DNA of 32,000 nucleotides from contig NC_002677.1 in NCBI RefSeq assembly GCF_000195855.1, forward strand, positions 120,001 to 152,000. The letters run 5' to 3'. Position 1 is the stretch's first letter, and the number at the start of each line of letters is the position of its first letter. The notes under the pieces were generated by a model. It made no database searches, was not told the origin of the DNA, and saw nothing but the letters and a program-made list of their open reading frames with translations. Of this stretch, positions 13,460 to 24,114 are shown one piece after another. The position numbers and the translations under genes were made by a program. The DNA is from Mycobacterium leprae TN. Its GTDB lineage: Bacteria > Actinomycetota > Actinomycetes > Mycobacteriales > Mycobacteriaceae.

Positions 13460-16400
13460 TCAATAAAGTGCTATCGTATGCGCTATTTTTTCAAACGCAC
13501 ATTGGTGTATGTTTCGTGGCTTTGCTTACGATTCGTGAGTCGGAGCAGAAGCAGCCAGCTAATCTGGAACTTTGCGTTATGGCTGGGATAATTTGTGCCT
13601 CCCAAACTTGGATGAGAACCCGTCGACTCTAAAATTTAATGATGTGCAACATAATGCAGATAGTACGATCGCTGGTTGCTGACACCGGCGTGGGCAATTT
13701 GGTTATTCCATATTCCGATGTGCACGCTGCGCAATGGGACGCTGCACTACCAGTGTGAACACTGAATCGAGCTAGTTGAATTTGTTGATCCGGAGTCTGT
13801 ATGTGGCATGCTCTACATTGCCCCGCTAGCTTTTATTTATAGCATCAACGCGCCGTACATGAATTCGTTGAAACACTCCAGCGTCTCATCGGAGTCGATG
13901 GTCGATGCGAGTACCGCGCAGTGGACCGCGGTCGGCTAGATGGCGTTGCGCATACAGTCGGGCAACGAATGCCTTGCGGTTGTTGCCCCGGGATAGCCTA
14001 GTCCAGGCAGCCTGCTCGTTGAGCAACGCACCGGTTAACCGTCCTCCATGGACTAGACCAGCTGATTCGGCCGTGCCTTGACCAGGATAGCCACGCAGGC
14101 TGCGTGGTGTCCCCATCATCACCACCGTCGGAGACCGACACAGTGGCGCGTAGCTACGTCAGCAGCGTCTCGTGTGCGTGAGTCTATTCTGTCTATTGCA
14201 TATAAGTAATACTATGCCGGCCATCGAGATACAGAATGTTGTCGAAGCTCTACCCGATGGTGTTCATGTGCGTATCACGCAGCAGCCGGTGAACCGACCA
14301 GTTCTCGATGTGGCTGTCACCTGCGCGATGATCCCAAGACGGCCCACACCTTCAGTTCGGTGATGGCTACCGCAATGCGTTGCCGTATGTTATTGGGTAT
14401 GGCGTTATCGGGATAATCCGGGCGATGGCAACGGTTTGTTTGTCCGCATTCGCCACGATGAATTGAATAGTCTGCCGCTTCCAAAGCATGACACAGTGAC
14501 TCTACCAGGGCTCGGCATGCTTTACCTAGATCGACCCAGGTGATATCGCTCCACGCGGTGTTGGCCAGCTCTCCCTTCGTGCAGCCGAGTCCATCGCCGT
14601 AGACGGGACTCGCATCACCGCTTGGCTTCCGCATTGACGAATTCCCCCATCGGTCACGACCGATGGGGCGAGCCTTGACTTTGAAGTCGGGGCCCCCGGA
14701 CACTGTTGCGTAAACGTCGCGGAAGGCGCGCAGCACGAGAAAGTGACGACGCCATGGGGAGAGTTGGATGTGTCCTAGGGGTTGGCCAGTACGATACCGC
14801 CTCCTCTGCGTAATTCGACGTAAACCACTTGAAGCCGTTTAGCAGCGATGTGTTCCCGCCGCGTTAAGCGACTCGCCGAGCTTTTTCTCCGGTCTTCCAG
14901 ATCGGAGTCGCCGGTTCGTTCAGCCAGTAGCTGCGCCGTCGCCCACACATTCTCCGGAGTGGAATTGGGCCAGTATATACTTCTGCACGTTGGGCTGTGC
15001 ATAGGCGGCAACCATATTGAGCATTAACGATGCACCAGCATAGGGTGGTATACTCTCCAGTTTACCATATTTTGCATGATCGCGACCGTGCACAGTTCGA
15101 TTTGTCAACGATACCGCCGAGGCTCCTATGGCGACGCCCCCGCATCATTGCTAGCACACTTGATGACCGACACCTGGCAAGACGTCGCACCGGACAAGCG
15201 TATTTCGCCCACTTCGATAGCTGTGTTTGGCGTTTTCTACTGGAGAAATGATTGTTGTCGCTTACACTAGAAAGTCTTCGGGCCCTAGCCATGGCGGCGA
15301 GCTATGGGTAGGCGGCGCAAAGCGATCTCCGGCTACTGGAATAACCTCGTCGCTACCGCTGATGCGTTCACCGATGGTTGGCTGTACGTTGTGGATTTCG
15401 CCCGAATCAGCTCCTAGGGATATCTGACTAGCGTCAATCGCAAAAAAAGATATGCTCATCAGAGGCAGGGAAGATATCTATACAGTTGAAATCTAGCCGT
15501 GCTTTATGCACATAACGCTGTTGTTGGCGCCGCATGCATCAGATTAGTCCTCATACCACTCTAGGGGAAGAAATCGCTTTGATGATCCACCTGGCTGCCC
15601 TTGATTTCTTCGGCGCGATAACCGACGGTACCTCTGCAAGTTCAATGGAAAAATCATCACATACGCACTGCAACAGCACTTCCCATAACATCCTAAACCG
15701 TCCCTTTCTTGACGGGGGATTTCATCTCACACTCGAGGTATGGGTCGTGCTCAATTCGGTGGTCGGTAGCAGGACGGTAAGGATCAGGGTGGGATCGAAT
15801 TCCCCAATCAGGTTTTGAAGCACTTCGGTTACCCCACGACGGCAGACCGGCGCTATGTGGGTCTGCTGGCGGTAACCACGTTTGCGTCTAGCTCCAGAGC
15901 CTTGAAGATGTCCGCACCGCTTTTGATATGCCCGAGTCGAATAAATTCTCCGACTGTGGTGGACGATGTCAACCAGCGCATCGGCTGCCCCTATGAGGGA
16001 ATCTATTTGTTGTCCAATGGTGGTTCGATACGTCGATGCTTTTGACGCCGAGTCCGGCCGGCCCGGTGGGCGTCTTTGGGATGCTGAATGCCCTTCAGCG
16101 GGATCGGTGGCCGAGTCCGTTTTCGTAATTCGGCGATGTTGTCTCAATTCAGCTTTGGGCGCGAATAGGTGGCAAAGAACGTTTCCACGCTGACGCCGAG
16201 CACCGGAGACACCAGGTTGCCGAGGAAACTACCGGGCATGCTGTCCCCTAGTGAGATCAATGTCCATATTGTTCATTTCTGCCACGGCGTCTTTCATCGG
16301 CGCCGAGTTTTGATTGGGGAAGATGTATAGGACTGCCGACGGTAGCGGCGGTCGAGCTGTTCTCAACATCTACTCGTTTGCGCACTAAGGCGGCTGCTCT

Positions 16401-16540
16401 GACCGTAATCGCCAGCGACGTATGCCCCAGACTGGTTTCGACACGACATGCGTTGCTGGACAAAGCGTTCCAACTTCGATATATTCATCAGTATCGCCGG
16501 AACCCGGCGGGGCACGCCTGCACGATAGAGCGCGTCCTAG
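13460..16540. other. Degenerate, gene-poor region between accD4 and embB; likely decayed Rv3796/fadE35 counterparts
   Basis: Only short, mutually inconsistent ORFs (under 145 aa) on both strands, lying between two highly conserved genes. The size (about 3.1 kb) is compatible with two lost genes. Confidence 0.7.
13850..14125 (-). pseudogene. Possible 3' remnant of an acyl-CoA dehydrogenase (fadE35 position), frameshifted
   Basis: The - strand reads ...LNEQAAWTRLSRGNNRKAFVARLYAQRHLADRGPLRG, then after a frame change ..DSDETLECFNEFMYGAL(ML*). In M. tuberculosis fadE35 lies between embB and accD4 in the same orientation as embB, with its 3' end toward accD4, as here. Confidence 0.4.
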
Positions 16541-16572
16541 CGGTTTCTGCCCGGATGGCCCGGTGTAAGAAG

Positions 16573-19500
16573 TCACGGTTTAATCCGGATCTTGCCCGGT
16601 GACCACCATCCGCTGCGGGTAGCGGTGTCCAAGTCGAGTTGCGCGGGATGGGTATCCACAAGGGGGTCGAACTTACGTAGTGAGCCCCAGTCGCGGCCCC
16701 AGTCGCGGGCCAGGTACGTGGACATTACATGGGCCCGCAGTAGTAGGTCGGTGATCCCCAACAGGCCGCCGTTGGCGCCGTCTTCCCAGGTGTCGGTATC
16801 TATTTTTTTAGCTGAGTAGTCGGGTGTGATGCGGAATTTCGGAATATCGGTGACGCCGTTAGCGTGCAGCATCGGCTGCTGACACGGGAACGCCAGCCCT
16901 ACCTCCCAGTCCAGCAAAACCGGCTGCGACGAGCCGACGTACTCCTGCAGTGAGCGTAGTTCCGGCACCCGCGGGGGGGTCACCGCGATCCAGTCTTCCG
17001 GTGTCAGAGAGAGGTTCTCGGCCACAACTCGGACCGCAACCGCGTCGAAGGGCATCTGGGATCGTGCGAAGCGCAGGTTGCGCCAGGCTTTTGGTTGCTC
17101 GCCGTACAGATCGTCGGGAACTAATCGTCCCGCTGGAACCAGGCCGCCGTTGGGCCCGGGGTCGCCGTATTCCAGCACGACGGTCTGCCCATACGTGTGT
17201 CCATGCAACACGCTGTTACCGGTGATTTTGCCGGCGGCAGTTACCACCACCAGAGGATGTCTGTCGTCGGGTTTAGGCAGTTGGTACCAGGCGGAGGTAA
17301 GTCTGCTCTGTTGTTGCGCACCAGTGGTGTAGGTGCCTGCAATCGGCACCTTATTGGGGTTAAGGCCGTAGGGCAGCGGGACCACTGATCCGTTGATGCC
17401 CGGCGCTTTCAACTTCGTCGGGGCTTCCCAGTCGTAGTCGGTGCCAGGCTGATTGGGGGTTATTCGAATCGCCTCGGCCACCGTGTGTTCCGGCACCCCG
17501 TTCGCTGTGAAGCCGATCGCGTTGACTCCACCCAGCGGCCCCAGCGGGCCGTAGTTGCTGGGCAGCGCCGTCATGTAGCCCGCGTTGCTGTCCGGCTCGA
17601 CGAGTACGTCGTCGGCCAGGCCGCAGCCGCCGGTCAACGCCCGTATATTGGCCCACCCGTTGGAGTAGGTAGGGTACTGTCGCACGATCCCGGCCACCAT
17701 CGATCCTATGAACACCAACGTCATTAACCCGGCTGCGAACGGGATAGGCGCCCAGAAAGACACTGTCAACGTCCGGATCAGCCGACCTTCCCCATGCCCG
17801 GTGTTTGTGAAATGCAAATAGTACGCATAGAGCGCGACAATAGCAAAAAGTATGAAAAATATTGTGCTGAAAGTTATTCCGTCAATGCGTGGCATGGCAC
17901 TGTTGAACGGAACGCCGTAGCTAGAGACATACCACCAGCCGTTGGTGGTTGCGAAGCACAACGTCATGACGAATAACAGTGCCGCCAGGAACGCCATCCG
18001 ATTACGAGACCACCGCAGTACCTCATGTGACACCAGCACAGTTGTCAACGCGGCCACCGCGGCGCCTAACGCGGCAAACAGTCCGAAGTGATGCACCCAC
18101 TTGGTTGGGGCGAATGTCAAGAAGAACATGGTGCCCAGGATGGTGCCGATGAGACGCCACGCCGGACCACGCGCTACGCCAGGAATCTGTTTGCGCCGCA
18201 ATGTGATTAACACCGCAGTGAACAGGCACAGCGCGGTGATCAAGAAGCCGAATCGGCGTGACAGTGAACCGTCGACGGTGGGCAGGATGAGGTAATAATA
18301 GCGCAAGTTCTCTGTGTACCATGCCTGTGCAGGACCGATTGCGGTTCGAACCTTGGTGGCCTCCAACACCGTTGACAGCGTCTGCTCGGCGAATACCACC
18401 GTGAGAACAACGGTGCCAGCAGCTAGCAGTGGAGCTACCAGCGGCCAGGCTCCGACGGCGCGATGCCTGCGCACCAAAATGTACAGCATCGGCCGGCCGC
18501 CAGCCAGCAATGCTGCCACCGCGATCAGCCCGGTAGGCTGGATACCTATTGTGAACGCCGCAGTCAGCGTCGCCAGCGCCACCGGTGTCATGCGGCCGTA
18601 GGTGATTGCCCGCTCGATGAGCACATACGTTATTAGCGCGCCCAGGGCGATTTGGCCTTCAGGACGCAGCCCGTTGTTGAAGGGCATCCACGCCGCTAAC
18701 AACACCAACCCGGCGGCCCACAACGCGGGTTTGAAGCCTACAATCGCGGGACCTAGTCGTGGCAGGACTTCGCGAGACAAGAGTAGCCAGCATGCCACTC
18801 CACAGATTAAGTCGGGCAAGCGGATCCACATGCTGGCGTCGCTGACATGGATCATAAGCGCTAGCAGGTTGTAATACCACCCGAAGGGGTCTTCTGGGCT
18901 GCCGAACCAGCGGAAATAGTTCGCCATGTAACCGGAGTGGTCGGCGGTGCGCGCCATCTGCATCTGATAGCCGTCATCGGAGGAGTTCGCGCCGATCACA
19001 TGCCACAGCAAGAACCCGAATATCACCGCGACGTCGACCAGTGTGAACATGCTCCACCTGGCCGGAATGAGCCGACGCATTCGCCGGCCATCCAACTGGT
19101 CGAGGCGCCACAGTGCGACCAGGGCGCCGACGGTAGTAATGATCGCCAACATCATAGCAAACCGTTTTAGTGTCGTTGGCGTGCTAGAGAACCGGGTGTC
19201 AATGGTCGCCGAGAGCCTCAATCCGGACGGCGCGCCACCGGTCAGATCGGTGAACACCCCGACGATCTGCGGGCGTAGGTTCGGATCTGGAAAGCCGCCA
19301 CGCAGCGGATTTCCGGCTGAATCGGTTACCCCGACGAAGGTGGCGAAGGTGCCGGCGTGCGTCGATGTGACCTCGATGCTGGAACATCCGGGTGCGCCTG
19401 CGTCCCCGGCCACCTGATTGCGCGGCACACTCAGGATCACTACATTGCGGTCGGTGACGTCCACCCGCTGACTGTTGACGTCGATGAACAACGCGTTGAG

Positions 19501-19824
19501 GTTGGCGTCTTTCCCCTGCTTGGGCGCGGTACCCAGGACCACCCCGCCGCTAGGCGGCAAGGCGGCGACCACAGCGCACGGTACGGTGGCGGTTATGTCG
19601 ACCGGTGTTAACGAAATCAAGGGCGCCGTAACGCTATTCAATTGGCCGTTCTGCGGCCAATTCAGCGTCGCGGTCGTCTGCACCACCGGCAGCAGCGGTG
19701 TCACGACCGACGACACGAAGCCGATCAGCCCGGCGATGGCAGCAACCCAACGCGCCACCCGCACATTGCGGCTGGCAGTGCGGTTTGCGATTGCGACTCG
19801 GTGTGCGCGGTATATCACACTCAT
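16573..19824 (-). CDS. embB: Arabinosyltransferase EmbB (1083 aa)
   Basis: GT53 Emb family features: multiple TM segments, [35 protein letters not shown]-terminal P-rich/CBM region. Terminal gene of the embCAB order. Confidence 0.97.
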   Translation of the reverse strand: MSVIYRAHRVAIANRTASRNVRVARWVAAIAGLIGFVSSVVTPLLPVVQTTATLNWPQNGQLNSVTAPLISLTPVDITATVPCAVVAALPPSGGVVLGTAPKQGKDANLNALFIDVNSQRVDVTDRNVVILSVPRNQVAGDAGAPGCSSIEVTSTHAGTFATFVGVTDSAGNPLRGGFPDPNLRPQIVGVFTDLTGGAPSGLRLSATIDTRFSSTPTTLKRFAMMLAIITTVGALVALWRLDQLDGRRMRRLIPARWSMFTLVDVAVIFGFLLWHVIGANSSDDGYQMQMARTADHSGYMANYFRWFGSPEDPFGWYYNLLALMIHVSDASMWIRLPDLICGVACWLLLSREVLPRLGPAIVGFKPALWAAGLVLLAAWMPFNNGLRPEGQIALGALITYVLIERAITYGRMTPVALATLTAAFTIGIQPTGLIAVAALLAGGRPMLYILVRRHRAVGAWPLVAPLLAAGTVVLTVVFAEQTLSTVLEATKVRTAIGPAQAWYTENLRYYYLILPTVDGSLSRRFGFLITALCLFTAVLITLRRKQIPGVARGPAWRLIGTILGTMFFLTFAPTKWVHHFGLFAALGAAVAALTTVLVSHEVLRWSRNRMAFLAALLFVMTLCFATTNGWWYVSSYGVPFNSAMPRIDGITFSTIFFILFAIVALYAYYLHFTNTGHGEGRLIRTLTVSFWAPIPFAAGLMTLVFIGSMVAGIVRQYPTYSNGWANIRALTGGCGLADDVLVEPDSNAGYMTALPSNYGPLGPLGGVNAIGFTANGVPEHTVAEAIRITPNQPGTDYDWEAPTKLKAPGINGSVVPLPYGLNPNKVPIAGTYTTGAQQQSRLTSAWYQLPKPDDRHPLVVVTAAGKITGNSVLHGHTYGQTVVLEYGDPGPNGGLVPAGRLVPDDLYGEQPKAWRNLRFARSQMPFDAVAVRVVAENLSLTPEDWIAVTPPRVPELRSLQEYVGSSQPVLLDWEVGLAFPCQQPMLHANGVTDIPKFRITPDYSAKKIDTDTWEDGANGGLLGITDLLLRAHVMSTYLARDWGRDWGSLRKFDPLVDTHPAQLDLDTATRSGWWSPGKIRIKP

Positions 19825-22800
19825 GGCAGCGCCCTAATCGGTCCTCGACGGATCCAGCCAGGCACTGTGATCATGCCCTGCTTCACAACGGCTTCTGGTG
19901 CCTGGTCGGCGGGTACTAGCCGGTAATACTGTTCCACCGATCCCCAGTCCCGGTACCAGTCGTCCCGCAGGTACGTTGAAATCGTCGAGGTTCGCAGTAA
20001 CGCCTGCAGGAACAAGAACGGGCCGCCGGCCTCGCTGGATTGCCACAGGTTCGACGATGCAGCTGTCTGCTTGTGGTCGGGTAGTATGCGGTACTGCGGG
20101 AGTTCGGCGATGCCAAGGTGTTCGGAGAATGGCCGCTGGCAGGGGAAGTTCGCCGCCGTAGCGATGTCCATCAGCACCGGGGTCTGCGACCCAAGTAACT
20201 GCTGCAGAGTTTGTAAGACCGGCACCCGCGGCGGAGTGAATGCCAGCCATTGATCCGGGCTTAGGTTCGGATCGTAAGCCACGACGCGTGCCACATTGGC
20301 TTCCGGTGGCGCCCAGGTCAGCGGGAACCGCAGATTGCGCCATGCCGGCTGCGGCCCAATATCGATCGGCATCACCTGCGCGAGTGGCTGGATGATGCCG
20401 TCGGGACGGGTGACACCCCACTGCAGTTTGAGCGATTGTCCGTAGATGAAGTTGCCGTCCTCTTTATAGGACCAGATGGCACCGGCTGCGGAAACTACCA
20501 CCAGCGGCCGGTCCGCGATGCTTTCTTTCCAATGGAGCGGCAGCTGATACCAGGCTGAGGTGGCCGAGGCGGCGAGTGTGTTTTCGCCGTAGCTGCCCAT
20601 CACCGGTGTGCGGTCCGGATCCAGGCCGAACGGCAGCGCCACATGCGACCCGTTAACCCCCACCGGGCCTTTGCCGCCGGCGGTGCCCGCAGAGTCACTG
20701 AAAGTGACGTTGGGTTTGTTGGGGGAAGCGTCGGAGTTAACCAGTCCGGGTTTGCTCACCACCGGATCGGATTTCAAATCGTCGTTCACGCCTTCGGGTT
20801 TGAAGCCGATGGGATTCATCCCGCCCAGCGGCCCGGTAGGACCGAAGATTTGTCCCGGAACTGGCTGCAGCATCCCGGCATTGGGGTCGGGCTCGGTCAG
20901 TACATCATCGGCCATCGCGCAGACGCTGGGTGCGAGTCCGGACCGGAGTGCGGCCAGGTTGGCCTTGGCAGTGGTGTAGAGTGGGTAGCGGGCCACGGCT
21001 CCCTTGGCCAGCGAGCCGACTTCGCATAGGACCATGGTTGTCGCGACCACCACCAGCGGGGTCGTCGCCAGAAAGCGGTTGCGGCGGGTGTCTTTGACTT
21101 CGGTGTGTTTCGCGTAGTCGAGCCGGAAGTGCTGCCCTCCGGCCAGTAACCCGGTCAGGATTGACAATGTCAGGAATATCGACGTCACCGGGTGGCCGGC
21201 GATGACGGGCTGGATGTCGAACCAAGGAACCCCGTAATTGCTAACGCCAAACCAGCCATTGATGCCGGCGGTGGCCCACGCCAGTACGAACAGCAGCGCG
21301 GTAATGTACACCGTCAGATTGCGGCGGGTGTGTAGGCTGATCCGGGCGAAGGCGAACGCGGCAATAGCACCGAACGTGCCGGTCAATCCAGCTAACGCAC
21401 CGAACTGGATGGCCCACTTGGTGGGCGTGAACGTTAACAGCAGCAGGCTGGTCGCGGTGGTGCCGATAAGCCGCCAGGTCGGGCCGCTGGCCAACCCCGG
21501 TACCCGGCTTCGGCGCAGTAACACCACCAGCACCCCGAACATGCACAACAACAGCACCAGCACCGGGAACCGCCGGGTCATTGAGCCGTCGGCGTTGGAC
21601 TCCACCGTGAGGAAGTAGTAGCGCAGGAAGTCTTGGTAACAGGCGATCGTCGGACCGACTTTGTACTTGATGCGCGCCGACTCACCGACTGTGGCCAGCG
21701 TTTGACTATGGAACACCACCAGGGTGATCAGCGAAAGAGACGCCGCGAGCACCAGCAGTGGTGCCAGCAATCCGTCAGTCGTCCGGCGTCGGCGTATCGT
21801 CTGGGTGATGGCCCGCGCCCCGGTTAGCAGTGCCGCGATAGCGATCAACCCTTGTGGTGCCAGGGTAGCGGTCAGGATAGCGACCACCGCCGCAGTTGCG
21901 GCCGAAGCCAGTCGCCGCAGTGCGATGGCGCGTTCCACCAGCACCCATGTGAACAGCACACCGAGCGCAATCAGCGGCTCAGGACGCAGCCCGTTGTTGA
22001 ACGGCAGCCACGCGGCCAGGAACATCGCACCCGCGGTGAGCACTGCCACCCGGTTGGTCGACAGACCACCCGTTCCGGGGCCCAGCCGCCGCAGCACCCA
22101 ATGGTTGATTATGAGCCAGCATGCGATACCGGCTAGCGTGGCCGGTATCCGCATCCACACACCGGCGGTACTTACCGACGCTAATTTGGCCAGCACGGTG
22201 AAATACCAATCGAACGGCGCCTCCGTCGCACCGAAGTATCGGTAATAGTTGGCTAAATAGCCGGCCTCCGACGAGACTCGCGCTACGGTCAGATTATAGC
22301 CGTCGTCCGACGAGGTGGCGCCAATGATGTGCCACAACAGTAGCGTCGCGAGTACTCCCCCGTCCGCGATCCTGGAGGCACCTCCTGCTCGTGGGGGAGT
22401 CGCCAGGATGACGCGCCACTGGGCCAGCCAAGCCATCGACACCCGCCAGTTGATCAGGCGGTGGCCGTTCCGGTTGCGTCGGTCCAGGGCCGACAGCGCG
22501 AGTATGGCGATCAGGACCGCCGCCGCACCCACGCCTACCGCGATCTTCTTGATCGCGGTAGGCGCCGTGATGAAGCGGGTGTCGATGTCTATGTGGGCCG
22601 ACAGCCCGGGTTGTACGGGCACTTTCAGGTCGGTGAAGATCCCACCTACCTGTGGTTTTTTCTCAGCTGTTAAAATTCCTGCGGCCCCTGGTATGCCGAC
22701 AAAATTCGCGCCTGCGCCGCGGGTGTTGGCCCAGATGTGCAAGACGCTACAGTTGCCAGCGGCCACCGCTGGGCGTGGTGCTACCGCGGCTACCGAATCC

Positions 22801-23156
22801 CGGAATGCAACGACGACCGCGTTTTTGTTGGCGCGCACGAAGAGCCCGCTTTTGCCGGTATCCACACCACCGGAGGGCAGCGTGGAGACCACCAGTCCTA
22901 CGCTGTCGGGTAAGGTAGCCATGGCCGAGCAAGGAATGGAGATATCTAGCGCGCGTGGCGTTCCGGACACCAGTGGCGCAGTTATTTGGGTTACCCAGCC
23001 ATCCCTGGTGGCGCTTTGCGGCCACCGGATCGTCGCTGTGGTTTGTTTGACCGGCAGCAACGGAACCACGGCGCATAATAGCAGCCCCGTAATTCCTGCA
23101 CCGACGGCGATCAACCGTATGATCCGCTGCGGTGGTTCATGACCGTCGTGGGGCAC
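19821..23156 (-). CDS. embA: Arabinosyltransferase EmbA (1111 aa)
   Basis: [30 protein letters not shown]53 architecture. A 4-bp overlap with the embB start implies translational coupling. Confidence 0.97.
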   Translation of the reverse strand: MPHDGHEPPQRIIRLIAVGAGITGLLLCAVVPLLPVKQTTATIRWPQSATRDGWVTQITAPLVSGTPRALDISIPCSAMATLPDSVGLVVSTLPSGGVDTGKSGLFVRANKNAVVVAFRDSVAAVAPRPAVAAGNCSVLHIWANTRGAGANFVGIPGAAGILTAEKKPQVGGIFTDLKVPVQPGLSAHIDIDTRFITAPTAIKKIAVGVGAAAVLIAILALSALDRRNRNGHRLINWRVSMAWLAQWRVILATPPRAGGASRIADGGVLATLLLWHIIGATSSDDGYNLTVARVSSEAGYLANYYRYFGATEAPFDWYFTVLAKLASVSTAGVWMRIPATLAGIACWLIINHWVLRRLGPGTGGLSTNRVAVLTAGAMFLAAWLPFNNGLRPEPLIALGVLFTWVLVERAIALRRLASAATAAVVAILTATLAPQGLIAIAALLTGARAITQTIRRRRTTDGLLAPLLVLAASLSLITLVVFHSQTLATVGESARIKYKVGPTIACYQDFLRYYFLTVESNADGSMTRRFPVLVLLLCMFGVLVVLLRRSRVPGLASGPTWRLIGTTATSLLLLTFTPTKWAIQFGALAGLTGTFGAIAAFAFARISLHTRRNLTVYITALLFVLAWATAGINGWFGVSNYGVPWFDIQPVIAGHPVTSIFLTLSILTGLLAGGQHFRLDYAKHTEVKDTRRNRFLATTPLVVVATTMVLCEVGSLAKGAVARYPLYTTAKANLAALRSGLAPSVCAMADDVLTEPDPNAGMLQPVPGQIFGPTGPLGGMNPIGFKPEGVNDDLKSDPVVSKPGLVNSDASPNKPNVTFSDSAGTAGGKGPVGVNGSHVALPFGLDPDRTPVMGSYGENTLAASATSAWYQLPLHWKESIADRPLVVVSAAGAIWSYKEDGNFIYGQSLKLQWGVTRPDGIIQPLAQVMPIDIGPQPAWRNLRFPLTWAPPEANVARVVAYDPNLSPDQWLAFTPPRVPVLQTLQQLLGSQTPVLMDIATAANFPCQRPFSEHLGIAELPQYRILPDHKQTAASSNLWQSSEAGGPFLFLQALLRTSTISTYLRDDWYRDWGSVEQYYRLVPADQAPEAVVKQGMITVPGWIRRGPIRALP

Positions 23157-23449
23157 GAGGGTCGATCGTAAGCGACGCCGCTATGTCCGGTGAGGACGCG
23201 GGGCGATGCAGACCTTAGCTGGACTGACCTAGCTGTGCGGCCCGGGTGGCCTTTCCGGCGCTGTCGAGCTTCGGAGATAGCCGCGGGCCGGCCGGACATC
23301 GCCATCAAAAATGCTGCGTCCGGGACCGGTGATCTTTGGGCCGCGTCCGTGTATTCAATCGAAGTTGCCGCGCGTGCTCTGGTCAGACACCGGGGTAAAG
23401 TGCACTTAAGATTTTCTCTGGTTTTTTTTACCAATAAGTTTCCAACTGC

Positions 23450-23705
23450 TAGATCGGACCGATGCCCTAGTTGAGCATTACCTGGTGGGGAGACTCGTAG
23501 ACTGATACGCGCGCCCATCGGCATTCGCTGCTGTCAATGTCGTGGTCATGGATAATGCCCCTCCCACCCGAGGCTTGAATACTGTCTTGGCGATTGGGAC
23601 GGCCAGCAGGTTGTGCTCACGCGGCTTGAAATCGCCGAACTGCTCGATGAAGACAGCGAATGCGCGATAGCTCGGAGTGTTGGCGACAACCTGGTGCTGG
23701 ACGGT
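23450..23705 (-). pseudogene. Decayed AHSA1/SRPBCC-family gene fragment
   Basis: The - strand translates as TVQHQVVANTPSYRAFAVFIEQFGDFKPREHNLLAVPIAKTVFKPRVGG, then after a frameshift GIIHDHDIDSSECRWARVSVYESPHQVMLN*GIGPI*. This resembles the N-terminal half of ArsR-associated SRPBCC proteins, with an internal frameshift and stops. Confidence 0.68.
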
Positions 23706-23814
23706 GGGAATTCGCGGTTGTGTCGCGAGTTGTCTCTATTGGATCTGGTCTTGGCTAACGGTGGACGCTCTAAACGTAGGTGTCCAAAGGAAATCAATTC
23801 GTGATGCCCGACCT

Positions 23815-23955
23815 ATCCGGTGGATTTGAGCATTTTGCGGTGCTGCGTATAGGCCAGCCTGCTGACTTGCAGGTCGTGGGCTAATTCACTGACAGCCAAT
23901 GGGCCGTGCACAAGGCGCTCGTCATGTACCGGCGGCCAAGGGCTAGCCAAGTCCT
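23815..23955 (-). pseudogene. Decayed ArsR-family winged-helix regulator fragment
   Basis: The - strand reads DLASPWPPVHDERLVHGPLAVSELAHDLQVSRLAYTQHRKMLKSTG*. This resembles the canonical pattern ALA(S/D)PTRR..ERL..GPLAVSELA..L.VSRPAVSQHLKVLK.AGLV. Confidence 0.68.
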
Positions 23956-24114
23956 GGTATCTCGGTAGGTGGTTAGGGATAGGCGTACGGATAGGGGTTG
24001 CTCAATGACTGATTAGGGAGGAATCCGGCAGAGAGCGGAGGCAACTGAATGTCTCGTGGCGGATGTCGAGCACGCATTTTGCGCCTCGTTTCCGGAGTGA
24101 TCCCGGATGACGCT

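Noticed and set aside
14317-14736. 139-aa - strand ORF considered as a transposase remnant (AWSDITWVDLGKA)
   Set aside because: I could not identify DDE spacing, terminal inverted repeats or a clear family match, so it is kept only within the generic degenerate interval.
23190-23474. 94-aa + strand ORF between embC and embA
   Set aside because: It has no recognisable domain and partly overlaps the better supported - strand SRPBCC-like remnant.
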